A DNA stretch of 64,000 bases. It comes from Bacteroidota bacterium. GTDB taxonomy: Bacteria; Bacteroidota; Ignavibacteria; UBA10030; UBA6906. This document shows positions 10,218-21,030 of the stretch, piece after piece. The translations under genes and the position numbers were made by a program. The notes beneath the pieces are model-generated. The model ran no database searches, had not been told where the DNA came from, and worked only from the letters and a program-made list of their open reading frames with translations. The first letter of the stretch is position 1. Each line of letters starts with the position of its first letter. The stretch spans positions 25,985 to 89,984 of the forward strand of contig JBFLYO010000002.1 in the NCBI GenBank assembly GCA_040756745.1, read 5' to 3'.

Positions 10218-11237
10218 ATGCCACGCATCGTGGAATGTGTTCCAAATTTCAGCGAGGGGCGCAATATCAAAGTCATCAATGCGATCGCCGGGGCGATCAG
10301 CGCGGTGCCGGGAGTAAAATTCATCAGCGCCGAGCCGGATAAGGATTACAACAGGTCCGTGGTCACATTCATCGGCTCCCCTTCCGCCGTCGTGGAAGGA
10401 GCGTTTCAGGGGACGAAAAAGGCGGCGGAATTGATCGACATGAGCGTCCATACCGGAGAACACCCCCGGATCGGCGCGACCGACGTTGTGCCATTTGTGC
10501 CGATCACGGGGGTCACGATGAAGGAGTGCGTCGATCTGGCGCGCGAGTTCGGCAAACGGACGGGTGAAGAGCTGAAGATCCCTGTGTATCTGTATGAGGA
10601 GGCGGCGACCAGACCCGAACGCCGCAACCTTTCCTTCATCCGCAAAGGAGAGTACGAGGGGCTGCAGGAGAAACTGAGCGATCCTGCATGGGTCCCCGAC
10701 TTCGGTCCGGCGCTGTTCAATCCGAAATCCGGTGCGACTGTTGCCGGCGCACGTATGTTCCTGATCGCGTACAACGTCAACCTCGATACCAACGACGTCA
10801 AGATCGCCAGCGAGATTGCGCTTCGGATCCGGGAAAGCGGACGCGTGAAAAAGGATGAGAAGGGGAATCCCGTGCTCGACGCTTCGGGGAACAAGATCAT
10901 GATCCCCGGCTCGCTGAACGCGGTGAAGGCGATGGGGGTCCTCCTTGAGGCGCACAACATCGCGCAGGTCTCCATTAACCTGGTCAATTATCACGTCACC
11001 CCACCTCACGCGGCGTTCGAGGAAGTGAAAAAGCAGGCTGCGACGCTCGGCGTAAAGGTGACGGGGAGCGAGATTGTGGGGCTGACCCCGAAAGAAGCCC
11101 TCATTATGGCAGGCAGGTTTTACAGGCCCGATGGGGCGAGCGAAGACGCGTTGCTCGCCGCGGCGGTGGAGTCGCTTGGGCTCAGCCAGCTTGAACCCTT
11201 TGACCCCCAGAAGAAGATCATCGAAGCACAATTGTAA
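10218..11237 (+). CDS. ftcd: Glutamate formimidoyltransferase
   Basis: IVECVPNFSEGR, HPRIGATDVVPFVP, GARMFLIAYNVNL, GSEIVGL. Confidence 0.93.
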   Translation: MPRIVECVPNFSEGRNIKVINAIAGAISAVPGVKFISAEPDKDYNRSVVTFIGSPSAVVEGAFQGTKKAAELIDMSVHTGEHPRIGATDVVPFVPITGVTMKECVDLAREFGKRTGEELKIPVYLYEEAATRPERRNLSFIRKGEYEGLQEKLSDPAWVPDFGPALFNPKSGATVAGARMFLIAYNVNLDTNDVKIASEIALRIRESGRVKKDEKGNPVLDASGNKIMIPGSLNAVKAMGVLLEAHNIAQVSINLVNYHVTPPHAAFEEVKKQAATLGVKVTGSEIVGLTPKEALIMAGRFYRPDGASEDALLAAAVESLGLSQLEPFDPQKKIIEAQL

Positions 11238-11255
11238 CATCCACCAGAGACAACC

Positions 11256-11888
11256 ATGGCGACGAAAACCACACTCAACGCGTTTCTCGATACTCTGGCC
11301 TCCTCCGCACCCGCCCCGGGAGGTGGAAGCGTGGCGGCGCTCGCCGGCGCTCTCGGCGCGGCACTGACCTGTATGGTCTGCAACCTGACCATCGGGAAGA
11401 AGAAGTACGCCGCGGTGGAAGACGATCTGAAGAAGGTCCTGGTGCAGGCCGAAGACCTGCGCGCCCGGTTCACCACGTTGATCGACACCGACACTGCGGC
11501 ATTCAACAAGGTCATGGAGGCCTACGGCCTGCCGAAGGAAACCGATCCACAGAAGGCACTCCGCTCGGCGGCAATCAGAGAGGCGACGAAGGAAGCGACC
11601 CTCGTCCCACTCCAGGTGATGAAACAGTGCGTGGACGCCCTTGCGCTTGCCCAGCAGGCCGCGGCGTCCGGGAATGTCAACTCGGTCAGCGACGCAGGCG
11701 TGAGTGCGTTGATGTTGCACGCAGCGGCCGAGAGCGCGGCGCTCAATGTACGGATCAACCTGAATGCGCTGAACGACTCGGAATTTGTTGGCTGGAAAAC
11801 CGAAGAGCTCGAGTCCCTCCGTAATACCTGCCGAATGATGCTCGAGGAGATTCAGGCAATCGTTGCCGAAAGGCTTGTGAAGTCGTGA
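11256..11888 (+). CDS. Formiminotetrahydrofolate cyclodeaminase (FTCD C-terminal domain)
   Basis: LASSAPAPGGGSVAAL, GNVNSVSDAGV, NVRINL. Confidence 0.9.
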   Translation: MATKTTLNAFLDTLASSAPAPGGGSVAALAGALGAALTCMVCNLTIGKKKYAAVEDDLKKVLVQAEDLRARFTTLIDTDTAAFNKVMEAYGLPKETDPQKALRSAAIREATKEATLVPLQVMKQCVDALALAQQAAASGNVNSVSDAGVSALMLHAAAESAALNVRINLNALNDSEFVGWKTEELESLRNTCRMMLEEIQAIVAERLVKS

Positions 11889-11909
11889 AGCGGAAAGCGG
11901 AGCAGATCT

Positions 11910-12611
11910 TTATCCCTGAAGTAGCGCGGCGACGGCGACTACGGCGGCGGTCTCCGTCCTGAGGCGGCGCCTTCCCAACGACACTAGGCGGAACCCCCCC
12001 CTTTCCGCCATGCGAAGTTCGTCTGTGCTGAACCCCCCTTCCGGGCCAATGCAGATGAGCGCGTGTGCCTCTCCTTCCGTCGGCATGCCCCGGAGCGGAT
12101 GCCGGGCCGACTCGTGCGCAATGAAACGCAGGGGAGGGTGATGTTCCGATGCGATGAACTGTGGGTAGGGTACCGCGGCCTGTATCTGAGGGAGGAAACA
12201 ACGGCCCGACTGCTTCATGGCAGCGATGCAGAGTTTCTGCCAGCGGTCCGTCTTCGCCTGACGCGCGATCGTTCGTTCGGTGAGCAACGGAACGATGGTT
12301 CTGACCCCGAGCTCGACGGATTTTTCGACCAGGTAATCAAACCGCGCCGGGTTCTTCAGCATCCCTGCGGCGAGCGTCACTGCGCAAGCGGCTTCATGCA
12401 TGCCCGGGTGCCTGTCGGAGATAGTGCAGAGAGCCGAACGCCGGGTGATCTCTCGGATAACCGCGTCGTAGGCCGTTCCGGCGCCGTCCACGACGCAGAT
12501 TGCGTCACCAACGCGCATCCGCATGACGTGGGTGAGATGGTTCAACTCATCTCCTTCGATCGCGAGCGTGGGAGGAGTGACCAGCGCCGGGGGCGTGTAG
12601 AAGTACTCCAT
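11910..12611 (-). CDS. rsmE: 16S rRNA m3U1498 methyltransferase
   Basis: HLTHVMRM, EKSVELGV, AMKQSGR, IGPEGGFS, LRTETA. Confidence 0.95.
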   Translation of the reverse strand: MEYFYTPPALVTPPTLAIEGDELNHLTHVMRMRVGDAICVVDGAGTAYDAVIREITRRSALCTISDRHPGMHEAACAVTLAAGMLKNPARFDYLVEKSVELGVRTIVPLLTERTIARQAKTDRWQKLCIAAMKQSGRCFLPQIQAAVPYPQFIASEHHPPLRFIAHESARHPLRGMPTEGEAHALICIGPEGGFSTDELRMAERGGFRLVSLGRRRLRTETAAVVAVAALLQG

Positions 12612-12613
12612 GC

Positions 12614-13990
12614 TCAGAGTGAGGTGCGGAGATCGATAATGAACTGCCCCATCCCCTCCAGGTTCCAGGCATACTCGGTCCGCATGACAAAGCCGTACGG
12701 GAGCAGGAAATGGATTCCCGATCCGTATCCCGTCGCGAAGTCGTCAGGGCGAATCTTCTGGTGCCTGAACCAGGCAACGCCGGTATCCGTAAAGAGCGCC
12801 AGACTCACTCCAAAGCGCCAGACTGCGAATTCCGGCGGTATCGGCACTGCCGAGAACACAAAAACCCTCGGCTTGAGCAGGGCGTAGCGCAGCTCCAGCG
12901 TCCCGCCGGCAAGATTCTCCCCCTCCCAGAGGGTCTGGTAGTACCCGCGAATCCGCTCCCCCGCTCCGAAGTACGCACGCGCGTACGTCGGAACTACGGT
13001 GCCGGACACAACAGTTCCGTGTATGCGCCCAGCAAGGGAGAAATCAGCCGGAAGCGGAACATAGTGCCGTGCATCCAGTTCGAACCTGCTGAAATCGACC
13101 TCGGATTCCCCGAGTCCGTTCTTTGTGAGGTACACCGAAAGCATTGATCCGCGCGTTGCATATTCACGAAGATCGCGCGAATCGAACGTCAACCCCACCG
13201 TGGCGTAGAGGTAGATGTCATTCCCGTCGGTTGATACCGTCCGCCCTTTTCGGTAGTCCGCAATATGGACGGAGTGGATCCCGAAGCTGGCCAGTCCGGT
13301 GTGGAAGAGCGTGAAGCGTTTTCCCGCCGAGAGACTGATGTCGAAGTGACGTTCATCGAAGTCGCCGGTCAGCGCGGACTCCACAAGACTCCTGTTGCGG
13401 ACGGTTCCGGTGGAGAGCGCTGTGCCGAACGAGATCGCGTGTTCCCTGTCGAACATGGGGTCGGTGAAGGAGAACGACAGTGAGGGATCGAAACCGAGCA
13501 CGACCGAGCCGTACAGTTTCTGATTCCTCCCGCGGAAGTTGGAGTGCAGCAGTCCGCCGCCGTAGAACGGCTTCTTCGGATCGCCGTCGCGGAATCCCAG
13601 GATCGGCACGGGGATGAGGTACCACCGCTCACGCACGTCGACGAAGAGAAACCGCGTGGTGCCAAGGGAGTCGTACATGATGTCGACCGACGTGAAGAGC
13701 CCGAGACTGTAGATTCTGTTCCGGTCGTACTGTATGGCATCGGGGGTGGCGAGCGAACCGGGCTTGAGCGTCATCTCGTCAAGGATGACGTACGTCTTGG
13801 TCTTTTCATTCCCCGCCACAATGATCGTGTCGACAACGCCGAGCACGGAGTCGCCTGGCGGCGGGGGTGCGGTTTGGCTGTGGAGTGGAGCGATGCCGAT
13901 CAGCGGAACGGCAAGGAGCGCAGTGCACCGGCGGATGAGGGGCATATGCTCGTGGGGAGGTGAGGGAGCGGGGGGGTACCGGGGCGTCAT
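12614..13990 (-). CDS. Omp85/TamA-family outer membrane protein with one POTRA domain
   Basis: IIVAGNEKTKTYVILDEM POTRA, YSLGLFTSV, RERWY, GERIRGY loop motif; start ATG 13990 (coupled to rnc stop) or 13945. Confidence 0.8.
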   Translation of the reverse strand: MTPRYPPAPSPPHEHMPLIRRCTALLAVPLIGIAPLHSQTAPPPPGDSVLGVVDTIIVAGNEKTKTYVILDEMTLKPGSLATPDAIQYDRNRIYSLGLFTSVDIMYDSLGTTRFLFVDVRERWYLIPVPILGFRDGDPKKPFYGGGLLHSNFRGRNQKLYGSVVLGFDPSLSFSFTDPMFDREHAISFGTALSTGTVRNRSLVESALTGDFDERHFDISLSAGKRFTLFHTGLASFGIHSVHIADYRKGRTVSTDGNDIYLYATVGLTFDSRDLREYATRGSMLSVYLTKNGLGESEVDFSRFELDARHYVPLPADFSLAGRIHGTVVSGTVVPTYARAYFGAGERIRGYYQTLWEGENLAGGTLELRYALLKPRVFVFSAVPIPPEFAVWRFGVSLALFTDTGVAWFRHQKIRPDDFATGYGSGIHFLLPYGFVMRTEYAWNLEGMGQFIIDLRTSL

Positions 13991-14766
13991 CAGTGGAGAT
14001 GTCCCAGCGCCCGTTCGGCCGCGGCCTGTTCCGCCTCTTTCTTGTTCTTGCCCCGGCCGGTGCCCCGTTTCTGATTGCTCAGGAGCACCTCGACGGTGAA
14101 TGTCCGGTCGTGGTCCGGGCCTTCTTCTTTGACGATGGCGTAACGTGGAATACCGAGGCCGTGCGCCTGCGCATATTCGAGCAGCATGCTCTTGTAGTTT
14201 TCGTCGCTGGTCACGACCTCGCCGCTCTTGAGAGCGCTCAGCACGCGGCGCTCGACGAACCCCCGTGCAGCGTCGTAGCCGCCATCGAGGTAGATGGCGG
14301 CGATGACTGCTTCGAAACAATCCGCCGTGATCGTATCGTGGCCTTTGCCGAGGGAGCCCGCCGCGCTCGGGCTGGTGAGGATGAAGTCCGCCAGGCGGAT
14401 GGCCTTTCCATAGGCCGCCAGCGCCTTGCGATTGACCAGGCGCGACCGCACCTTGGTAAGCTCTCCTTCCTCCGCGCGGGGATAGCGCTGATAGAGGTAT
14501 TCTCCCACGATGAGGTTCAGCACGGAGTCGCCGAGGAACTCGAGGCGTTCGTTGGAGGCGGTGGGGTGATGGCGTTGCTGCAGGGAGGAGCGGTGCACAA
14601 GGGCGCGGGCGAAGAGATCAGGCGTGCGGACGCGGTAGCCGATCAGGTGTTCGAATTCGTGGAGGTGCTCCCTGAACCGTGGATGATGCGGAGCGTCCGC
14701 TGCGCCGTGGGCAGGCGGGCGTTGTCCCCGGAACCAGCGCACGAAGAGTTGTTGCAGCCGCCCCAT
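13990..14766 (-). CDS. rnc: Ribonuclease III
   Basis: NERLEFLGDSVL, ADCFEAVIAAIYLD, dsRBD YKSMLLEY...KKEAEQAAA. Confidence 0.96.
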   Translation of the reverse strand: MGRLQQLFVRWFRGQRPPAHGAADAPHHPRFREHLHEFEHLIGYRVRTPDLFARALVHRSSLQQRHHPTASNERLEFLGDSVLNLIVGEYLYQRYPRAEEGELTKVRSRLVNRKALAAYGKAIRLADFILTSPSAAGSLGKGHDTITADCFEAVIAAIYLDGGYDAARGFVERRVLSALKSGEVVTSDENYKSMLLEYAQAHGLGIPRYAIVKEEGPDHDRTFTVEVLLSNQKRGTGRGKNKKEAEQAAAERALGHLH

Positions 14767-14773
14767 ACGAGCG

Positions 14774-16027
14774 TTATCCGCGATACTTCTTCACCAGGAG
14801 CGTTGCGTTGTGCCCGCCGAAGCCGAACGTATTGCTGATGGCGCACTTGACGGTCCGCTTCACCGCCGTGTTCGGCGTGTAATCCAGGTCGCAGGCCGGA
14901 TCGGGGACCTCGTAGTTGATGGTCGGAGGGATGGTATCGTGCCGCACGGCAAGGATCGCGGCGATTGCCTCCACTGCGCCCGCCGCCCCGAGGAGGTGGC
15001 CGGTCATTGACTTGGTGGAGCTGATCTTCAGTTTCCTTGCATGATCTCCAAACACCGTCTTGATGGCCAGGGTCTCGCTGATATCGCCGAGCGGCGTCGA
15101 GGTGCCGTGGACGTTGATGTAGTCCACCTCCGCCGGCGCGACCCCGGCGTCATTCAGCGCCCTGCGCATGGAACGCACCGCCCCTTCCCCCCCCTCCGGG
15201 GGCGCCGTGATGTGGTGTGCATCCGCCGTGAAGCCGATGCCCGCCATTTCGCAGTAGATCTTCGCGCCCCGCCTCAGAGCGTGCGAGAGTTCCTCAAGGA
15301 CGAGCGACCCGCCCCCTTCCCCCATGACAAAGCCGTCGCGCTTGGCGTCGAACGGCCTGCTGGCCTTCTCCGGCGCGTCGTTGCGCGTCGAGAGGGCGCG
15401 CATGGCGTTGAAGCCGCCAAGCCCCATCGGCGTGATCGGCGCCTCCGAGCCGCCGCAGATCATGACATCCGCATCGCCGTACTGGACAATCCGGAACGCG
15501 TCACCGATGGCGTGCGAGGCCGTCGCGCAGGCTGACACGGTGGCATAGTTCGGGCCCTTGAGGCCGTGCTTAATGGAGATGTTGCCGCAGGCGATGTCGG
15601 GGATCAGCATCGGGATGAAGAAGGGGCTGATGCGTCCCGGACCTCCCTGCATCAGATTCTTGAACTGTGAGTCATAGGTGATCATCCCGCCGATGCCCGA
15701 GCCGTAGACGACGCCGACCCGGTCGGGATCCTCGTCCTTCATGGAGAGCCCCGCGTCCGCGATCGCCTCGTCGGTGGAAATCATGGCATACTGCGAGAAA
15801 GGATCCATGCGCTGGGCTCCCTTCCGGTCCAGGTAGTCGGTGGCCTTGAACCCTTTCAGCTCGCAGGCGAAGTGGGTGTCGTACGCCGACGTATCGAAAT
15901 ACGAGATCGGCGCCGCTCCGCTCACGCCGGCGACCAGATTCTTCCAGAAGGTTTCGACGGAGTTCCCCAGCGGGGTCAATGCCCCCAGGCCGGTGACAAC
16001 CACTCTCCGCTTTCCGTTGGTGGTCAT
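14774..16027 (-). CDS. fabF: 3-oxoacyl-ACP synthase II
   Basis: [39 protein letters not shown]. Confidence 0.97.
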   Translation of the reverse strand: MTTNGKRRVVVTGLGALTPLGNSVETFWKNLVAGVSGAAPISYFDTSAYDTHFACELKGFKATDYLDRKGAQRMDPFSQYAMISTDEAIADAGLSMKDEDPDRVGVVYGSGIGGMITYDSQFKNLMQGGPGRISPFFIPMLIPDIACGNISIKHGLKGPNYATVSACATASHAIGDAFRIVQYGDADVMICGGSEAPITPMGLGGFNAMRALSTRNDAPEKASRPFDAKRDGFVMGEGGGSLVLEELSHALRRGAKIYCEMAGIGFTADAHHITAPPEGGEGAVRSMRRALNDAGVAPAEVDYINVHGTSTPLGDISETLAIKTVFGDHARKLKISSTKSMTGHLLGAAGAVEAIAAILAVRHDTIPPTINYEVPDPACDLDYTPNTAVKRTVKCAISNTFGFGGHNATLLVKKYRG

Positions 16028-16068
16028 GAGTTCAGGCTCTCCTTAAGGGGCCGGGCGGTGGGTCTGGG

Positions 16069-16098
16069 CCCGCCCCCCAAACCATTCGGGGGGGCGGG
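16069..16098 (-). terminator. GC-rich hairpin after acpP (partial terminator or mRNA stabiliser)
   Basis: CCCGCCCCCC-N10-GGGGGGCGGG; no clear U tract. Confidence 0.45.
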
Positions 16099-16118
16099 AG
16101 GGACGCGCATGTCCGGCG

Positions 16119-16355
16119 TCAGGCGGTCTTGGTCTTGATGTACTTGATGGCGTCGCCGACCGTCGAGATCTTCTCTGCGTCTTCGTCGGGGATCTGGAGG
16201 TTGAACGCCTTTTCAAATTCCATCACGAGTTCAACCGTGTCCAGCGAGTCGGCGCCGAGGTCGTTGGTGAACGAGGCCTCCGGCGTGATCTGGCCGTCGT
16301 CCACGCCCAGCTTATTGATGATGATCTCTTTGACCTTTGCTTCAATGTCTGCCAT
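16119..16355 (-). CDS. acpP: Acyl carrier protein
   Basis: [14 protein letters not shown] phosphopantetheine site. Confidence 0.98.
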   Translation of the reverse strand: MADIEAKVKEIIINKLGVDDGQITPEASFTNDLGADSLDTVELVMEFEKAFNLQIPDEDAEKISTVGDAIKYIKTKTA

Positions 16356-16419
16356 GACGCTGACCTCCTTGTGAGTGATGGATAAAGTGTGTGGACGTTG
16401 TGATGCTCTTCTCGCGGCG

Positions 16420-17166
16420 TCACATGGTCATGCCGCCGTCAACGCACACCACCTGGCCCGTCATGTACGCTGCGCCGTCCGAGGCGAGGAATACCACCAC
16501 GGAGGCGACCTCCTCGGGACGCGCCGTGCGCTTGAGCGGGATCAGGCCGGTAAGCGCGCTCTTCTGTTCCGGGGTGAGCGCATCCGTCATTTCCGTATCC
16601 ACGAACCCCGGGGCCACTGCATTGACCAGAATATTGCGAGAAGCAAGCTCTTTTGCAACAGATTTGGTGAATCCGACGATTCCCGCCTTGGAAGCGGCGT
16701 AATTTGCCTGCCCGGCGTTGCCGGTCAGTCCGACGATGGAGGTGATGTTGATGATTCTCCCTGAGCGCTGACTCATCATCGGCCGGCACGCCGCTCTTGA
16801 AAAATTGAACACGCTCTTCAGATTGTTCGCAAGCACCCGATCCCAGTCCTCCTCGCTCATCCGCATCAGCAACCCGTCCTTCGTGATCCCAGCGTTGTTC
16901 ACAAGGATGTCGAGGCGGCCGTGCGTCTTAAGGACCTCATCGACCACCGCCGATGCTGCGGAGGTTGATGCCGCGTCCGACTGATGGGCTGTGACGGTAT
17001 GCCCCTTGCTGCGGAGAGAGGCGGCAAGTTCTTCTGCAGGGCCGGACGAACTGCGATATGTGAACGCAACCGTTGCGCCAGCCTCGGCGAGGTGCCTCAC
17101 AATGGCCTTTCCGATCCCGCGCGCTCCCCCCGTGACGATGGCGACCTTTCCCTGGAGCGAGCTCAT
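16420..17166 (-). CDS. fabG: 3-oxoacyl-ACP reductase
   Basis: [23 protein letters not shown]; fab operon context. Confidence 0.95.
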   Translation of the reverse strand: MSSLQGKVAIVTGGARGIGKAIVRHLAEAGATVAFTYRSSSGPAEELAASLRSKGHTVTAHQSDAASTSAASAVVDEVLKTHGRLDILVNNAGITKDGLLMRMSEEDWDRVLANNLKSVFNFSRAACRPMMSQRSGRIINITSIVGLTGNAGQANYAASKAGIVGFTKSVAKELASRNILVNAVAPGFVDTEMTDALTPEQKSALTGLIPLKRTARPEEVASVVVFLASDGAAYMTGQVVCVDGGMTM

Positions 17167-17774
17167 TGGCGTGCCTCCGCTTGCTGTATGCTGTCGTAAT
17201 GTGTGCGCATGTCCTGATACCCCTCTTCACCCACGAGGTGGATGAGCTCCTCCCGGCATCCCAGGAAGAGCGGCGTGGCGAATGCGTCGCTCACGCGGCA
17301 GCACGACTGTTCCCCCTGCAGCATGCGGCCGACGCTGACGATTCCGTTGGAGATCTCGATCGGATACAGGATGCAGAAGACGGGCTTCAATGCCCACTTG
17401 TGCATCCCCGAGTCCTGCGCCGAAGTCTGCAGCACGCAGCGTCCGTGCCGATCGAGGAACGCGCATTTGTCGTTCACTACAGCAGTGTCGACGCAAGACC
17501 CTGAGGGGAAATCGGGATCTTCCTTCTCCTCACTCTCGAACCAGACGGCCGGGTCGTGATCCTGTGTTTCATCCATCCGTCCGGCGATCAGCTCCCTGTG
17601 GGCGAGGATCGCGTCCCGTTCTCGCAGGTCGACGGACACGCCTCCTTCGCAGCAGACCGCGGAACACGCGCATGGTCCACCCCCCTGCGGGAACCCTGTG
17701 GTGAACAATTCACCCGCCATGGTGTATGGGCCGATCTTCAGCGACCCGTCGGGCGCGATCATGCTCCCCGCCAT
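17163..17774 (-). CDS. DUF3109-family cysteine-rich protein
   Basis: CACSAVCCEGG, CAFL..CVLQ, KPVFCILYPI, SCC; start ATG 17774. Confidence 0.7.
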   Translation of the reverse strand: MAGSMIAPDGSLKIGPYTMAGELFTTGFPQGGGPCACSAVCCEGGVSVDLRERDAILAHRELIAGRMDETQDHDPAVWFESEEKEDPDFPSGSCVDTAVVNDKCAFLDRHGRCVLQTSAQDSGMHKWALKPVFCILYPIEISNGIVSVGRMLQGEQSCCRVSDAFATPLFLGCREELIHLVGEEGYQDMRTHYDSIQQAEARQ

Positions 17775-18679
17775 CCCTTCAGATCCACCCATCGGTCTAT
17801 GCCCGCCGTCTCCGCCGCCGGTGCCGTTCGCTTGACCAGCCCCTGGAGGACCTTGCCCGGTCCCACCTCCACGAACGTCGTGGCACCGTCCCGTACCATG
17901 TTGAGGACACTCTGCTCCCAACGGACGGGACTTGTGAGCTGGCGGTACAGCAGCTCGCGGATTTCTCCCTCTGACCGCACGGGTTCCGCGGTCACATTAG
18001 CGTACACCGGGATTTCCGCGTCGCGGATGGGGGTCCGCTCGAGCGCTTCCTTCAGTCCGTTGCGCGCGTATTCCATCAGTGGTGAATGAAACGCGCCGCT
18101 GACCACGAGTTCCTTCACAAGCTTTGCGCCGCGCGACTTTGCAGTCGCCATCGCGCGATGCACACCTTCGACCGAGCCCGAAATGACGGTCTGGCCCGGA
18201 GAATTGAAATTGGCCGGCTGGACGACCCCCTCGGCGGACGCCTCGTGACAGATCTGCTCAACGGCGTCAGGCTCGAGACCGACAATTGCCGCCATCGTCC
18301 CGCGCCGCTCTTCTCCCGCCCGCTGCATCAGCACGCCCCGCAGTCTCACCAGCCGCAGCGCATCCTCGAATGCGAGTGCCCCTGCTGCGACAAGCGCTGA
18401 ATACTCCCCCAGTGAATGGCCGGCAACCATGTCGGGGCGATGGTTCCCCAGCGCGCGGATCAACGCGACGCTGTGGAGGAAGATGGCCGGCTGGGTATTC
18501 TCCGTCTGCCGCAGGACGTTTTCAGGCCCCTCGAAGCAGGTCCGGGTGAGGGTGATACCCAGGAGCGCGTCGGCACTCTCCATGAGCTCACGGCACAAGG
18601 GATCGGTGTCGTAGATGTCTTTCCCCATACCGACGTACTGCGATCCCTGGCCTGGGAACACGAACGCGGTGCGTGCCAT
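17759..18679 (-). CDS. fabD: Malonyl-CoA:ACP transacylase
   Basis: AFVFPGQGSQ, GHSLGEY, ANFNSPGQ, SGAFHS; start ATG 18679. Confidence 0.96.
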   Translation of the reverse strand: MARTAFVFPGQGSQYVGMGKDIYDTDPLCRELMESADALLGITLTRTCFEGPENVLRQTENTQPAIFLHSVALIRALGNHRPDMVAGHSLGEYSALVAAGALAFEDALRLVRLRGVLMQRAGEERRGTMAAIVGLEPDAVEQICHEASAEGVVQPANFNSPGQTVISGSVEGVHRAMATAKSRGAKLVKELVVSGAFHSPLMEYARNGLKEALERTPIRDAEIPVYANVTAEPVRSEGEIRELLYRQLTSPVRWEQSVLNMVRDGATTFVEVGPGKVLQGLVKRTAPAAETAGIDRWVDLKGWRGA

Positions 18680-18684
18680 GGCGC

Positions 18685-19689
18685 TCAGCGGGCGTTCTCC
18701 GCCGTCCAGCGCATGAGGACGGAGCCCCAGGTATAGCCGGCGCCGAAGCTCGCCATGACCAGCATCTGCCCTTTCTTCAGCTTGCCGCTCTCCCACCACT
18801 CCGACAGGCAGAGGGGAATCGTGGCGGCCGTCGTGTTGCCGTACCTGTCGATATTGATCATCACCTTTGAGCGGTCGAGCCCCATGCGGTCGGCGGTCGC
18901 ATCGATGATCCGAAGGTTCGCCTGATGCGGGACGAGCCAGTCGATGTCGTCGCCGGTAAGGGAATTCCGCTCCATGATCTCCGCCGCGACGTCAGCCATG
19001 CTGACCACCGCGACCTTGAAGACCGATTTCCCGTCCTGGTAGATGTAGTGCATCCGCTTGTCCACCGTCTCGTGCGTGGCGGGATTGAGGCTGCCGCCGG
19101 CGCGCATGTGCAAAAACTTCTCCCCGGAGCCATCGCACCGCAGGATGTGATCAAGGATGCCCCCCTCCGGAGCATCGGACGGCTCGAGCAGCACCGCGGC
19201 CCCGGCGTCGCCGAACAGGATGCAGTTGTTCCGGTCCGTGTAATCGGTGATCGCGCTCATCTTATCGGCCCCCACGATGACCACCTTCTTATGGATGCCG
19301 TTCTCAATGAACTGCGTGCCGGTGACCAGCGCGAAGGGAAACCCGGAACATGCCGCCGACACGTCGAACCCCCAGGCCTTTGAGGCGCCAATCCGTTCCT
19401 GGACGAGGCAGGCAGTCGACGGGAAAAACATGTCGGGTGTGATGGTGGCGACGATGATCAGGTCGATTTCCTCTGCACCGATCCCGCGGATCTGCAGGAG
19501 GCGCTCCACCGCCCGAGCGGCGAGGTCCGACGTCGCCCCGTCCTTGAGAATGCGCCGCTCGACGATACCAGTCCGCGTCCTTATCCACTCGTCGCTCGTG
19601 TCGACCATTTTTTCAAAGTCGGCGTTCGTGAGCTTCCCGTCGGGCACCCAGTGGCTGACGGCGGTAATCGTGGCTCTCTGCTTAGTCAT
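18685..19689 (-). CDS. fabH: 3-oxoacyl-ACP synthase III
   Basis: SAACSGF, LFGDAG, PHQAN, YGNT catalytic triad. Confidence 0.96.
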   Translation of the reverse strand: MTKQRATITAVSHWVPDGKLTNADFEKMVDTSDEWIRTRTGIVERRILKDGATSDLAARAVERLLQIRGIGAEEIDLIIVATITPDMFFPSTACLVQERIGASKAWGFDVSAACSGFPFALVTGTQFIENGIHKKVVIVGADKMSAITDYTDRNNCILFGDAGAAVLLEPSDAPEGGILDHILRCDGSGEKFLHMRAGGSLNPATHETVDKRMHYIYQDGKSVFKVAVVSMADVAAEIMERNSLTGDDIDWLVPHQANLRIIDATADRMGLDRSKVMINIDRYGNTTAATIPLCLSEWWESGKLKKGQMLVMASFGAGYTWGSVLMRWTAENAR

Positions 19690-20714
19690 TCTCCTCCGTG
19701 AGATGAACCCTGAAGACTCTCCTGGATCCGAGCGTTGACGCGGCGTTTGACCATCTCCTCTGCGCGCAGGATCATATTCTTGATGGCCTTGGGCGTGGAG
19801 CCGCCGTGTCCGATGATGGACACGCCGTTGATGCCGAGGAGCGGCACGCCTCCGTGTTCCTGGTAATCAAGCTCCTTCATCACCGACCGCATGCCTTTCC
19901 GCGCGACGAGCGCCACGAGCTTGTTCAGGAGTCCCTGCGAGGCATAACGGATAAACTTTGCCTTGAAGAAAGCGGGGACACTCTCCCCGAATTTCAGGAG
20001 GATATTTCCCACGAAGCCGTCGCAGACGACGACGTCCGTGGTCCCTTTGAGGATGTCCCTTCCCTCAACGTTGCCGACAAAGTTCAGCCCGCTCTGTTTC
20101 AACAGGGCGAACGCCTGCAGGCCTGTCTCATTCCCCTTGGTATCCTCCTCGCCGATGCTGAGGAGGCCGACGGACGGGCGGGCTTTCCCCAGCATGGCCG
20201 AGATGTAGCTGGACCCCATGACGCCGAATTCATACAGATGGCGCGGGCGGCAGTCGACGTTCGTCCCGGCATCGAGGAGCAGGCAGGGACTCCCCGCCGT
20301 GGGTATCAGCGCGCCGATGGTCGGGCGCCCGATGCCGGCGATCCTTCCGAGGATCAGCGTGGAGGCCGAAAGCACCGCTCCGGTATTCCCCGCGCTCACG
20401 AATGCCTGTGCCTTCCCGTCGTGGTGTAGACCCAGGCCGACGCTGATGGAAGAGTCCCGTTTGGTTTTCAACGCCGCGTTCGGGAGGTCGTGCATCTCGA
20501 TGACTTCTGATGCGTGATAGACGCTCACGCGACCTTCGGTGCGGAATTGCTCGACGCGCCGCGGAAAACGTGCGAGTTCCTGCTCGACCTGTTCCTGCCG
20601 GCCGACGAGCGTCACGGCGAACCTGCCGGGCGACTCCGCAAGTGCGTCAAGGGCTCCTTCCACGACGACCGCGGGGGCAAAGTCGCCCCCCATCGCGTCG
20701 ACCGCTATGGTCAT
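19686..20714 (-). CDS. plsX: Phosphate acyltransferase PlsX
   Basis: [33 protein letters not shown]; start ATG 20714 (alternative TTG 20747). Confidence 0.95.
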   Translation of the reverse strand: MTIAVDAMGGDFAPAVVVEGALDALAESPGRFAVTLVGRQEQVEQELARFPRRVEQFRTEGRVSVYHASEVIEMHDLPNAALKTKRDSSISVGLGLHHDGKAQAFVSAGNTGAVLSASTLILGRIAGIGRPTIGALIPTAGSPCLLLDAGTNVDCRPRHLYEFGVMGSSYISAMLGKARPSVGLLSIGEEDTKGNETGLQAFALLKQSGLNFVGNVEGRDILKGTTDVVVCDGFVGNILLKFGESVPAFFKAKFIRYASQGLLNKLVALVARKGMRSVMKELDYQEHGGVPLLGINGVSIIGHGGSTPKAIKNMILRAEEMVKRRVNARIQESLQGSSHGGE

Positions 20715-20838
20715 GTGGCCATCCGGGGAATTCACAGGAGTGGACAACCGAGTCGTGAATGACAGGGGATCGTGCCGGGGACACGGGACGCTTCACGACG
20801 CCGCGTGCCCCTCGGGGCATGCGGGGCCGGAGTCATGT

Positions 20839-21021
20839 TCAGGATGCTTTGGGGACGAGAATCGACCGTCCGTTGTAGTAGCCGCAGTTCGGGCAGGCGC
20901 GGTGTGGGAGTTTCTGCGTATGGCAGTTGGGGCACTCCGAAACGGGAGCGGCGACCGCCTTGTAGTGCGTGCGGCGCTTGCGACCGCGGGTCTTGGAGTG
21001 GCGTCGTTTCGGATTTGGCAT
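20839..21021 (-). CDS. rpmF: 50S ribosomal protein L32 (zinc-ribbon type)
   Basis: MPNPKRRHSKTR..CPNC..HRACPNCGYY. Confidence 0.97.
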   Translation of the reverse strand: MPNPKRRHSKTRGRKRRTHYKAVAAPVSECPNCHTQKLPHRACPNCGYYNGRSILVPKAS

Positions 21022-21030
21022 GGCGTGCTC

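Noticed and set aside
9792-11720. 642-aa antisense ORF and similar long shadows (510-1478, 20539-21978, 25578-27002, 29518-30789, 52785-54023)
   Set aside because: They lie opposite well-supported genes, have no motifs, and are expected in high-GC3 DNA
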